From positions 6,272-70,271 of the forward strand of contig DATLQD010000133.1 of assembly GCA_035535315.1 (NCBI GenBank): a stretch of 64,000 bases of DNA. Direction: 5' to 3'. Made by a program: the position numbers and the translations under genes. Source of the DNA: Gaiellaceae bacterium. GTDB taxonomy: Bacteria; Actinomycetota; Thermoleophilia; Gaiellales; Gaiellaceae. Shown here in pieces: positions 38,339 to 46,925 of the stretch (its first letter is position 1; every line of letters starts with the position of its first letter). Under the pieces are notes generated by a model, which did no database searches, was not told the DNA's origin, and worked only from the letters and a program-made list of their open reading frames with translations.

Positions 38339-39118
38339 GTGACTCAGGACTTCCAGGGGAAGCGGGGACTCGTCCTCGGCGTCGCGAACCGCCGCTCGAT
38401 TGCGTGGGCAATCGCCCAGCGACTGGCGGCCGGCGGCGCGCAGCTCGCCTTCACCTTTCAGGGTGAGCGCATCGAGAAAGGCGTGCGCGAGCTCGCCGAT
38501 TCAGTCGGGAGCCCGCTCGTGACGGAGTGCGACGTTCGCTCGGACGATGAGGTCGCACGCGTCCTCGGCGAGGTCGGCGACACCTTCGGCGGGGAGCTCG
38601 ATCTCCTCGTCCACTCGGTGGCCTTCGCCGACGCGCGCGATCTCGAGGGACGCTTCACCGACACCCCGCGCGACCGCTTTTGGCTTGCGCTCGACGTCTC
38701 GGCCTACTCGCTCGTGGCTGCCGCCCGCGCCGCTGAGCCGCTCATGGAGGCGGCGGGAGGCGGGTCGATCCTGACCATGACGTACCTCGGCGGCGAGCGG
38801 GCCGTGCCGCACTACAACGTCATGGGCGTCGCGAAGGCTGCTCTGAACGCCTCGGTTCGCTACCTGGCCTGGGAGCTCGGCGAGAAGCAGATCCGCGTGA
38901 ATGCCGTCTCGGCGGGCCCGGTACGGACCCTGTCTGCGCGGTCGATCGCAGGCTTCCCGACCATGGAGGCGATCGTCGAGGAGCGCTCTCCGCTCCGCCG
39001 GAACATCGAGGCGGACGACGTGGGCTCCGCGGCGGCCTACCTCCTCTCAGACGAGGCCAAGAACGTCAGCGGGACGACGCTCTATGTCGACGGCGGCTAC
39101 CACGCCATGGGCATGTAG
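38339..39118 (+). CDS. fabI: Enoyl-[acyl-carrier-protein] reductase (NADH), FabI type
   Basis: GKRGLVLGVANRRSIAWAIA, YNVMGVAKAAL (Y-x6-K), NAVSAGPVRT. Confidence 0.9.
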   Translation: MTQDFQGKRGLVLGVANRRSIAWAIAQRLAAGGAQLAFTFQGERIEKGVRELADSVGSPLVTECDVRSDDEVARVLGEVGDTFGGELDLLVHSVAFADARDLEGRFTDTPRDRFWLALDVSAYSLVAAARAAEPLMEAAGGGSILTMTYLGGERAVPHYNVMGVAKAALNASVRYLAWELGEKQIRVNAVSAGPVRTLSARSIAGFPTMEAIVEERSPLRRNIEADDVGSAAAYLLSDEAKNVSGTTLYVDGGYHAMGM

Positions 39119-39138
39119 CCGAGCGCAAGCGCGGGCCG

Positions 39139-40095
39139 TTACTCCCAGCCGTCGCCGGAGTCCGCGAGGAGCGGCGAAGCCGGCATGCTCTGCTCGCGGC
39201 TCCGCAGCATCCCTTGTACCTGACCCACGTAGGTGGACAGCTCCGACTCCTTCTGGGTGAGCCTCTCGTCGAGGACACGTAGGCGGGACTCCTCGTTTGC
39301 GAGCCTGTCTTCGCGAGCCTGCGTGTCGGCTTCGAGTCGCGCGAACCGTTCATCCAACTCGGCCTCGCGTGTGTCGAGATCCGTCAGCCGGTCACGGACT
39401 GTCTCCTCGGCGTGGGAGAGACGCCGCTCCTGATTTTCCGCGTGCGACCGGGCCGACTCGGCAAATGTCTCCGCGTTCGCCGCCTCTGCCTCGCGCTCCC
39501 GCAGCGCCGACTCGCGCCGCTCCAGCAGGGCGGCCAGCGCTTCGACGTCCTCGCGCCGAGCCTTGAAGTCTTCGATCTGTTGAGCTGCGGCCTCGCGCGC
39601 TCGCACGTCTTCCTCCCGGCGAGCCACCGCTTCCTCGCGCTCGGAGAGCTCCCGCGTCCTCGCGTCGAGCTCGGAGGTGAGCCGCGATCGCTCGTCTTCG
39701 CGTTCTCTGAGTAACTCGAGCTCTCGGACGAACCGGTCGAGCTCGTAGCGGTCAGCCTCCTGCGTCGCGACTTGCTCGCGGAGGAGCGCGATCTCTTGCC
39801 CCTGCTCCCGGACCTCGCGCTGCGTGTCGGCGATCTGGTCGTCACTCCGGGCCAGCTCTGCGAGCAGCCTGTCGATCTCGTCCGGATCAGAACGGTCGGA
39901 ATCGGCTCCGAGCGCACCGAGGCGTATTTCCAGCTGCTGGGCGCGCGCTTCTGCAGCTTCGACCTGCTCCGTGCGCGCATCGAGGGTCGAAAGTAGCTCG
40001 GCGAGCTGCTCGTGGCGCTGATCCGCCATGTCGTCGACGATCTCGCTCGCATTTCGGAGGAAGAAATCCTCCATCCGATCCCAGAACTTGAGCAT
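39139..40095 (-). CDS. Glu/Arg-rich long coiled-coil protein, function unknown
   Basis: 318 aa, almost entirely heptad-like E/R/A/L sequence (..REREDERSRLTSELDARTRELSEREEAVARREEDVRAREAAAQQIED..). Short globular N-terminus MLKFWDRMEDFFLRNASEIV. Confidence 0.6.
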   Translation of the reverse strand: MLKFWDRMEDFFLRNASEIVDDMADQRHEQLAELLSTLDARTEQVEAAEARAQQLEIRLGALGADSDRSDPDEIDRLLAELARSDDQIADTQREVREQGQEIALLREQVATQEADRYELDRFVRELELLREREDERSRLTSELDARTRELSEREEAVARREEDVRAREAAAQQIEDFKARREDVEALAALLERRESALREREAEAANAETFAESARSHAENQERRLSHAEETVRDRLTDLDTREAELDERFARLEADTQAREDRLANEESRLRVLDERLTQKESELSTYVGQVQGMLRSREQSMPASPLLADSGDGWE

Positions 40096-40165
40096 GTCCG
40101 GCGCTCATCGGCACCTGCCGAGCCAGGCTGAACCTCAATGCAAGGGAAATACAGACAAAGGCATG

Positions 40166-42148
40166 TCAGTGCCACGGAAAGCTAATGCGTGTGAGCCTCA
40201 GTCCGTACGGAGGGTCCGTTTCGTAGATACCCGGAATCTCGACCAGCAACGGATGCCAGTGCTCGCCTGTGAGAGGAACCCGAATCGTGTCGGTTTTCGC
40301 GATCGCGAAGCGCCGCTCGCGGTGCCCGTCCAGCCAGAGTGTCGCCGTCGTCGGGCGGGGAGCAACGAAGTCGAGCGTCAGGACGCCCTGTCCCCACACC
40401 CAGAACGGTGCCTGGGGCTCGCTGGTCCGCCGGTCGATCCAGCCCCGGCAAAAGTAGGGCTCCTCGCGTGCCGGCTCGCCGAAAGGGTTCGACAGGTCGG
40501 CGCGGCCATTCGGGCCGAGGAGCGTGACGGCGCCGTCCCGGGCCACCGGGCGATATCCAGCCGCGAGCACTCCGCGCCACGCGAACCATCCGCCCGGAAC
40601 ACCGCTCCGGAAAAGCCCGCGGTGGAACAGGAGCTGCTCCACGCCGAGAGCATCGAGCCGGTTGCGGTCACCGTCGAGCCAGACGCCGCATGACACGCGC
40701 CCGAAGCGGTAATAGAAGTCGAAGGCCGCCTCCGGCGCCAGTGTCGAGTAGCCGGTTGGTTTCTCGCGCCCTGCTTGCAGCGTGTAGAGGTCGTACACCG
40801 ACCCCTCCTGCCGGCCCGGGTCGAACGTCGGCACCTCAAGAATCCGGCCGGGGGGAGAGCGGCGCGCCGCGGCGTAGGCTTCGTTGGATCGGTCGGCGGG
40901 GGTTGGCGCGAACGGCATTACCGTGAGATCGGCCGCCACGAGCAGAAAGGCGGCTACGCCGACCAAAGCTCGTCGCCTCGGCACGCGCTCGAGGAGCGCT
41001 GCGAGCGCGAAGGCCGCGAGGGCCGCGAGCGCCAGGTCCGCAATGGGCATGAACCGCCCAGGGACGCGAGCGCTTTGGAGCGGCGGCACGACCGATCGAA
41101 GCGGAGCGTAGAGCGGCAGGTTCGTTCCGAAGGCGATGAGGACGGGAACCAGCAGGGCGAGCCCGAGCAGGATTCCGAGGCCGCGGCGAGCTTGCAGGAG
41201 CACAGCCAGCCCGGCGACCGCGAGGATGAGCGTGAGCCACCCCAGATAGACGAGCTCCTCGCTCGGGGCGGTGTGGAAGCGGTTCAGGAAGTCGAGCGCC
41301 TCCGCCGAGTAGGCATCCACACTCGAGAGGGATCGCCGATCCGCGAGCCTCGAGCCTTCCACGACGGTGTAGCGGAGGGCGAGTCCGGCGGCGGCCGAGG
41401 CCACGACGCCCCCCGCTATCCACATGGCGGGCAGCGGCCGGTAGCGCACGGCAGCGTAGGCCGCGACGAAGGGGAGGACCCCGAGCGCGAGGTGGAGCTG
41501 GCCTGAGAGCGGGAACGAGACGAGCGCAACGGCCGCGAGGGCTCCCCACGCATGCGCACTCCTCCGTGTCGGTGCCGCGCGTGCCCGCTCGACGGCCAGG
41601 AGGCTGAGCGGGAGGAAGATCGCGATCCAGCCGAGGAGGTGGTCAGCACTCTGGGCGAGCCGGTAGGGGGCGATTGCGAACGCGAGCCCGCCCACGAGTG
41701 CCGGCACGAAGCCGAGATCGAGCGCGCGGAGCCAGGCGTACGCCAGAAGGCCTCCGGCGACCACCGTGGCCAGGAGCAACAGGTTCCACGCGAGCACGGG
41801 TCCGAAGACGGCTTCGAGTGGCCAGAAGGGGAGACCGAAGGGCCAGCCTCCCAGCGCGGCCTGAGGCTCCACCAGTGGCTGGAAGCTGTATGGATCGCGC
41901 CACGGAGCGTGCGAGGCCGCGAGCTGGTGGCCGAGGAGCCAGAAGCGGTAGACGACCTGACCGTGATCTCCCGGTGCCGTCTCCCCGTATCCCTCCGCCC
42001 CGCCGGCGAGGTAGGCCGATCCGAACGATGCGAGGCCGGGCCAGGCGGAGACAAGTGCCGCTGCCGAATAGAGGAGCGCTACGAGGCCGAGCGGGCCGAA
42101 GCCAGGAGCTCGTCGAAATCGGGGAGCTCGCCGACCTCGTATCGCCAT
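40166..42148 (-). CDS. Large polytopic membrane protein (660 aa) with a C-terminal soluble domain; possibly a glycosyltransferase-C-fold/YfhO-like enzyme
   Basis: About 12 hydrophobic segments over residues 20-450, then a roughly 200-aa non-membrane tail. Family assignment is a guess. The annotated start overlaps the peroxiredoxin gene by 70 nt. Confidence 0.55.
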   Translation of the reverse strand: MAIRGRRAPRFRRAPGFGPLGLVALLYSAAALVSAWPGLASFGSAYLAGGAEGYGETAPGDHGQVVYRFWLLGHQLAASHAPWRDPYSFQPLVEPQAALGGWPFGLPFWPLEAVFGPVLAWNLLLLATVVAGGLLAYAWLRALDLGFVPALVGGLAFAIAPYRLAQSADHLLGWIAIFLPLSLLAVERARAAPTRRSAHAWGALAAVALVSFPLSGQLHLALGVLPFVAAYAAVRYRPLPAMWIAGGVVASAAAGLALRYTVVEGSRLADRRSLSSVDAYSAEALDFLNRFHTAPSEELVYLGWLTLILAVAGLAVLLQARRGLGILLGLALLVPVLIAFGTNLPLYAPLRSVVPPLQSARVPGRFMPIADLALAALAAFALAALLERVPRRRALVGVAAFLLVAADLTVMPFAPTPADRSNEAYAAARRSPPGRILEVPTFDPGRQEGSVYDLYTLQAGREKPTGYSTLAPEAAFDFYYRFGRVSCGVWLDGDRNRLDALGVEQLLFHRGLFRSGVPGGWFAWRGVLAAGYRPVARDGAVTLLGPNGRADLSNPFGEPAREEPYFCRGWIDRRTSEPQAPFWVWGQGVLTLDFVAPRPTTATLWLDGHRERRFAIAKTDTIRVPLTGEHWHPLLVEIPGIYETDPPYGLRLTRISFPWH

Positions 42149-42543
42149 GCAGCGATGATCATGCCGTCTCCGTCGAGCAGGAAGGCGGATCGCTGGGCTA
42201 CGCGTTCGAGGCCTCGGTAGTTGAAGGCGTTGTCGAATGCGTCGACAGCGTGCCCGTTCCAGTCTGAGAGCAAGGGCACGTTGATGTCGAGCGCCTCGCG
42301 CCAGGCGCGGTGCGACCAGGGGCTGTCCCGCGAGATCCCGAAGACCGACGTGCCCGCCGCTTCGAATTCGGCCCGCCTGTCACGCAGGAGGACGAGCTCG
42401 TCAGTTCAGGTACTCGACCAGTCGAACAGATAGAAGAGGAGCAGCACGCGCTCCCCTTCGGCCGGAAGCTCGCGGAGCCGCACGCGCTCGTTCGGAGCGA
42501 GCCACACTTCCACGTCACGTGGGTGCTCTCCGGGGGAGATCAC
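42079..42543 (-). CDS. Selenocysteine-containing peroxiredoxin (Bcp/AhpC-TSA family), TGA = Sec at codon 46
   Basis: Single frame from GTG 42543..42541 to the stop at 42081..42079: MISPGEHPRDVEVWLAPNERVRLRELPAEGERVLLLFYLFDWSST-[TGA 42408..42406]-TDELVLLRDRRAEFEAAGTSVFGISRDSPWSHRAWREALDINVPLLSDWNGHAVDAF..RSAFLLDGDGMIIAAW. The TGA sits where the peroxidatic Cys of (T/S)xxC is expected. The protein has no Cys at all. GTGA overlap with the upstream GCS2 gene. The ORF track shows only the C-terminal 66 aa. Confidence 0.75.
42376..42402 (-). promoter_or_regulatory. Candidate SECIS region downstream of the peroxiredoxin UGA
   Basis: Two small hairpins 6-32 nt 3' of the UGA: GACGAGCUCGUC (42402..42391) and CCUG-CGUGA-CAGG (42388..42376). 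Not folded computationally. Confidence 0.3.
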
Positions 42544-43742
42544 GCGGTCACCGGTGGGCCGACCTGCTCCGTGACGTCGGCGATCTCGCTCACCACCTCG
42601 GCCAGATCGCGATTCGCATTCCAGACGCGGAGCTGACGGTCGGCGCCGTTCCCGCGCGCCAGGATCTGGCGTATCCCTTCAAGCTCGCGCTCGGATCCGA
42701 GCTCACGTGCGTGTGGCTCGATGTCGCGGAGGGTGCGGCGTACGAGCTGCGCGACCGGGACGCGGTTCCTGCGTCCGGTCGTGAGGTCCATGACGGGCGC
42801 TTCGAGACCGTAGCGCGCGGCCAGCCACTTGTTCTCGGTCACAAGGATTCGATGGTAGGACGGAAGCTCGTGGCCGGCGTCGTAGCGCTCGGAGTAGAGC
42901 TTGACGATCGCCTGGATGTAGGCGGCTAGGGCGACCGCCTCCTCGACGCGGGTGACTGCGTCCATGATCCGGACCTCGACGGTGCCGAAGCGCGGGTGGA
43001 GCCTCACGTCCCACCAGATGTGGGTGTAGTCGGCGATGCATCCCGTCTTTTCGAGCTGGCCCACCACCTCGGCGAAGTCCGCATAGTCCCGGAAGCGGGG
43101 CGGGGGCCCGGAACGGGGGAACGCGGCGAAGATCATCTGGCGGCTCGACGAGAGGCCCGTCGGCTCGCCGCGCCAGAACGGCGAGTTGCCCGAAAGAGCG
43201 AGGAGATCCGTCAAGTGAACGAGGAGTGCGCTCTGGATCTTGATCGCCTTCTCCGGGTCGTCGATCCCGACGTGAACGTGCATCCCGAAGATCAGCTCCC
43301 GCCGTGCCACGTACTGGAGCTGGTCGACGAGGTTCCGGTAGCGGTCGCGGGCGGTGATCCGCTGGCGCTCGAAGAGGCTGAAAGGATGGGTGCCGGCTGA
43401 GCCGACTCGGAGGGCTCGCGTGCGGGCGATCTCCGTCACGTGTGCCCGCAGCTTGCGGAGCTCCGCGTCGACCTCCGGGACGGTCCTGCACACGGGCGTC
43501 GCGATCTCGAGGACGGACTGCATGAGTTCGGGCGCGATCTGTGTCTCGAACTCGCTGCCTGCGGTGGCGCTCAGGATCGTGTCGACGTGCTGAACGAGAT
43601 CGAACGACTCCGTGTCGAGCAGCATGTACTCCTCCTCGACACCGAGCGTGTAGGGGTCGCTCTTGCCGAAGTTGTGGTCGAGCACGCTGCCGCCCTCGGC
43701 GAAGCTCTTACCTGTGATAGTCGCGGGATAGATCTGCTTCAC
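42540..43742 (-). CDS. Carboxylate-amine ligase, glutamate--cysteine ligase family 2 (YbdK-like)
   Basis: DPYTLGVEEEYMLLD, GMHVHVGI, FPRSGPP..., typical GCS2 blocks. Confidence 0.85.
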   Translation of the reverse strand: MKQIYPATITGKSFAEGGSVLDHNFGKSDPYTLGVEEEYMLLDTESFDLVQHVDTILSATAGSEFETQIAPELMQSVLEIATPVCRTVPEVDAELRKLRAHVTEIARTRALRVGSAGTHPFSLFERQRITARDRYRNLVDQLQYVARRELIFGMHVHVGIDDPEKAIKIQSALLVHLTDLLALSGNSPFWRGEPTGLSSSRQMIFAAFPRSGPPPRFRDYADFAEVVGQLEKTGCIADYTHIWWDVRLHPRFGTVEVRIMDAVTRVEEAVALAAYIQAIVKLYSERYDAGHELPSYHRILVTENKWLAARYGLEAPVMDLTTGRRNRVPVAQLVRRTLRDIEPHARELGSERELEGIRQILARGNGADRQLRVWNANRDLAEVVSEIADVTEQVGPPVTA

Positions 43743-43782
43743 GGCTTGACTGTATCCCGGGTCGGGCTGGCGAATCGACGGT

Positions 43783-44175
43783 TCAGGTCTCGTGCGAGAG
43801 AACCGCGTCGGCTTCGATCTCCACGAGCCAGCGTGGATCCACGAGCTCTTTGACGGTCAGCGTCGTGTTGGCGGGGCGGATCTCGGAGAACGCCTCGCCG
43901 TGTGCGCGCCCGACGCCCTCGAAGTCCTCGGTGTGGACGAGGTACACGCGCGTTCGAACGACGTCGGCCAGCGAGCCGCCTGCCTCCTGGAGCGCTCGCT
44001 GGACGATCTCGAGACAACGCTTTGCCTGCGAGTACGCATCGGGAGGCGGATCGCTACCGTCAGCCATGATGGGGGCACAGCCGGCGATCCAGACCTGGCT
44101 CCCGACCTGGACCGCACGCGAGTAGCCGACAACGGGCTCGTAGGGCGATCCGGAGGAGATCAGACGCCTGTTCAA
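43783..44175 (-). CDS. RidA/YjgF/TdcF family protein
   Basis: 130 aa. Has SSGSPYEPVVGYSRAVQVG..VWIAG and the C-terminal LVEIEADAV pattern. Confidence 0.85.
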   Translation of the reverse strand: MNRRLISSGSPYEPVVGYSRAVQVGSQVWIAGCAPIMADGSDPPPDAYSQAKRCLEIVQRALQEAGGSLADVVRTRVYLVHTEDFEGVGRAHGEAFSEIRPANTTLTVKELVDPRWLVEIEADAVLSHET

Positions 44176-44196
44176 CCGCGTCTAGTATCGCTGTCC

Positions 44197-45006
44197 GTGC
44201 CGGCCCTTGCCGCTATCGAGGAGTGGGGCGCCGACCACGCGGCGGCCGGAGTCGTCCAGGGCGGGCGAGTGGTTGAGACGCACGGTGAGCGAGAACACGT
44301 CTTCCACTGGGCTTCGATCACGAAGCTCCTGACAGCAAGCGTTGTCCTGGTGGCGGCCGAAGAAGGGATCGTCGACCTCGAAGAACCGGCCGGCCCGGAG
44401 GGCTCCACGATTCGACATCTCCTCGCGCATGCGTCGGGCTTGCCGTTCGATGGTCTCGATCCGATCGCCCGGCCGGGTGAGAGGCGGATCTACTCCAACA
44501 CGGGCTTCGAGGTGCTCGGCCTGTTTGTCGCAGAGCGTGCCGAGATGGCCTTCGCGGACTATCTCCGGGAGGCGATCCTGCAACCGCTCGGGATGGACGC
44601 GACGCACCTGCGAGGGTCACCCGCATCGGAATGCCATGGACCGCTCGACGACCTGCTTCTCTTCGCACGAGAGCTCCAGGCCCCGTCGTTCGTCGCTCCG
44701 GAGACGTTCCAGGAGGCGACGCAGACGGTCTTCCCCGGGCTCGTCGGGGTGCTGCCGGGTCTCGGTCGGCAGGACCCGATGGACTGGGGCCTCGGGTTCG
44801 AGTTGAAGGACGCCAAGAGCCCGCATTGGACCGGGACTCGGAACTCGCCACGGACATTCGGCCACTTCGGCGGCTCGGGCACTTTTCTCTGGGTTGATCC
44901 GGAGCGCAGCCTTGCGACTGCATGCCTCACGGACCGGGAGTTCGACGGGTGGGCGCTCGAAGCATGGCCCGCCCTTTCGGACGCAGTGCTGTCCGAATTC
45001 TCCTAG
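44197..45006 (+). CDS. Serine hydrolase (beta-lactamase/transpeptidase-like, class C family)
   Basis: GTG 44197. Has FHWASITKLLTA (SxxK), YSNTGF (YxN) and HFGGSGTF. The upstream part of ORF 43792..45006 is antisense to ridA and junk. Confidence 0.8.
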   Translation: MPALAAIEEWGADHAAAGVVQGGRVVETHGEREHVFHWASITKLLTASVVLVAAEEGIVDLEEPAGPEGSTIRHLLAHASGLPFDGLDPIARPGERRIYSNTGFEVLGLFVAERAEMAFADYLREAILQPLGMDATHLRGSPASECHGPLDDLLLFARELQAPSFVAPETFQEATQTVFPGLVGVLPGLGRQDPMDWGLGFELKDAKSPHWTGTRNSPRTFGHFGGSGTFLWVDPERSLATACLTDREFDGWALEAWPALSDAVLSEFS

Positions 45007-45368
45007 GCCGTGAAGAGCGGGCGGACGATTTCGTCGAAGGTGTCGCGGTCGCAGCTCGCGACGACGGCGGGCGTCATGCTCTTGACGGTCGCGGTCCGCG
45101 GCACGTCCATGACCAGCCCGACCTCGCCGAAGTAATCGCCCGGCCGGAGGAGGTTCCGCTGGCCTCGCTCGGCCTGTGAGACGCTCAGGAGACCGGAGAG
45201 GACGACGAAGAAGCGATCACCCGGCTCCCCCTCGGCGACGACCTGCTCGCCCGGGGTGACGGTGTGACGTTCCATCCGCTCGCCGAGCTTTGCGAGCGTC
45301 TCGCCCGGAAGTCCCGCCAGAAGCTCGACCCGCGCAAGCTCGTGCGCCGTTGCGGACTGGTGCCTCAC
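45003..45368 (-). CDS. Stand-alone cyclic-nucleotide-binding domain protein
   Basis: ELLAGLPGETLAKLGE...GEPGDRFFVVLSG...RPGDYFGEVGL...PRTATVKS; 121 aa with no effector domain. Confidence 0.8.
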   Translation of the reverse strand: MRHQSATAHELARVELLAGLPGETLAKLGERMERHTVTPGEQVVAEGEPGDRFFVVLSGLLSVSQAERGQRNLLRPGDYFGEVGLVMDVPRTATVKSMTPAVVASCDRDTFDEIVRPLFTA

Positions 45369-45520
45369 TCGTCGGGCTGGGAGCCGGCCGACGCGACGCT
45401 ATCGGGGTCTTCGTGTCCCGGCCCGCGTTGCGCGTCCTCTTCCCGGCGTCGCTCGAGGGAGGAGTCCTCTTCCTCCTCGCTCGGGTCCGGACCCTCGGCG
45501 TTCGGCTCGATCTCGCTCAT
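45365..45520 (-). CDS. Possible 51-aa highly acidic micro-protein coupled (GTGA) to the cNMP-binding gene
   Basis: Below the ORF-track size cut-off. MSEIEPNAEGPDPSEEEEDSSLERRREEDAQRGPGHEDPDSVASAGSQPDE; almost all third positions are G/C. No SD seen. Confidence 0.25.
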   Translation of the reverse strand: MSEIEPNAEGPDPSEEEEDSSLERRREEDAQRGPGHEDPDSVASAGSQPDE

Positions 45521-45714
45521 GGATTCATTCTAGGGACGGAGCCCAGCCAAGAGGCCTGATGCGAACGTTCCGCCGGGCCGGATGACGCGGCGCTGGATCA
45601 GCACAACCTGTCACGACACGTAGGGCTGCTACGCGCCGCAAGCGGCCGCGGTCTGGAGCGCCCCGACCGCTCCTGAATTTCGTATCAGCCCGCTCGCCGG
45701 GGTACCGTGCGCGC

Positions 45715-46218
45715 GTGGGCGAGCTCGAAGGCTGGAAGCATTGTCCGCGCTGCGGGTCGGACCTGCGGACCGAGGCTGGCTCGGTGCGCTGCGACTCGTG
45801 CGGGCTCGTGGTCTACGCGAAGCCCGCGCCAGCCATCTGCGGCCTCGTCGTCGATGACGGAGGGCGGGTCCTGCTCGGCCGGCGGGCGCACGAGCCTGCG
45901 GCGGGGCGCTGGGACATCCTCGGCGGCTTCATGAACGAGGACGAGCAACCGTTCGACACCCTCAAGCGCGAGCTGCGTGAGGAAACGGGCCTCGATGTCG
46001 AGCCCGGGGCGTTCGTCGGCGTCGTCACCGATACCTACGGGGAGGGGGGCAACGCCACGCTCAACCTGTGCTGGACGGCCAGGATCGTTTCCGGAAAAGC
46101 GGCACCCTCCGACGACGTCTCCGAGCTCCGCTGGTTCGAGCCAGACGAGCTTCCCGGCAAAGAGGAGCTCGCGTTCTCGAACACGGTGGAGCTGCTGCGC
46201 GCCTGGCGAGCGAGCTAG
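45715..46218 (+). CDS. NUDIX hydrolase with an N-terminal zinc ribbon (NudC-like architecture)
   Basis: CPRCGS...CDSCG ribbon, then the Nudix box GGFMNEDEQPFDTLKRELREETGL. Confidence 0.85.
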   Translation: MGELEGWKHCPRCGSDLRTEAGSVRCDSCGLVVYAKPAPAICGLVVDDGGRVLLGRRAHEPAAGRWDILGGFMNEDEQPFDTLKRELREETGLDVEPGAFVGVVTDTYGEGGNATLNLCWTARIVSGKAAPSDDVSELRWFEPDELPGKEELAFSNTVELLRAWRAS

Positions 46219-46291
46219 GCCAGGAGGAGCCGGCAAATGGGCCAGACGGCCCATTGTCGCTTCTGGCTCCGCTGCCGATGATCAGGTCATC

Positions 46292-46453
46292 GTGAGCGAT
46301 TCGAACGTGCACCGCATCGACGATTTCCTCCATGAGGAGTGGATCGACGAGTGGGCGAGCGAGGTCGTCGTTCAGGTCGAGGACTACCTCGCGAAGCACG
46401 CGGCGTTCCACGCATTTCTTGAAGACGGCTCCAGCACCGCCGGCGCGGTCTAG
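46292..46453 (+). CDS. Possible small protein (53 aa), unknown family
   Basis: GTG 46292 gives MSDSNVHRIDDFLHEEWIDEWASEVVVQVEDYLAKHAAFHAFLEDGSSTAGAV, a protein-like composition. Its stop shares a CTAG with the convergent trxA stop. Confidence 0.3.
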   Translation: MSDSNVHRIDDFLHEEWIDEWASEVVVQVEDYLAKHAAFHAFLEDGSSTAGAV

Positions 46454-46770
46454 GCCTCGACGAGACCTAGGTTCCGCTCGAGCATGCCCTTCGGCTGGGC
46501 GCCCACGGCCGCCGCGGCCGGCTTGCCCTCGCGGAAGAGGATGATCGTAGGAATGCTCATGACGCCGTAGCGCTGCGCGAGCGCAGGCTCCTCATCGATG
46601 TTCACCTTTGCGATCCGAAGCTCACCGGATCGCTCCTCGGCGATCTGATCCAAGACCGGAGCGACGGCATGGCACGGGCCACACCACTCCGCCCAAAAGT
46701 CCACCACGACCGCCTGCTCGCTCTCAAGCACCTCGGCTTCGAATGTCGTCTCTGTCACTTCAGTTGTCAT
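46450..46770 (-). CDS. trxA: Thioredoxin
   Basis: VVVDFWAEWCGPCHAVAP canonical WCGPC site; 106 aa. Confidence 0.95.
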   Translation of the reverse strand: MTTEVTETTFEAEVLESEQAVVVDFWAEWCGPCHAVAPVLDQIAEERSGELRIAKVNIDEEPALAQRYGVMSIPTIILFREGKPAAAAVGAQPKGMLERNLGLVEA

Positions 46771-46925
46771 TGTTCTCCTTCTGGATTTGGGGCCGGCCGC
46801 GAGCCACCCTCCGGCTTCAGCCTATTTTCGTGTTGCGCACCGATGCCGCACAATTGTGTCTAAAGCGTTAAACGACGAGACGGATCGGGAAAATCCCGCG
46901 CCGGACCGGCAACTAGACTGGCCTC

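Noticed and set aside
42198-42518. 106-aa ORF overlapping the peroxiredoxin locus in another frame.
   Set aside because: It is a Ser/Thr/Cys/Arg-rich nonsense translation. The alternative frame gives a full peroxiredoxin once TGA is read as Sec.
46771-46925. Possible T-box leader upstream of ileS.
   Set aside because: This 155-nt divergent trxA/ileS promoter region has no T-box consensus (..GGGTGG.ACCGCG..) and no terminator/antiterminator pair. Only a small CGGGA-AAA-TCCCG hairpin is present.
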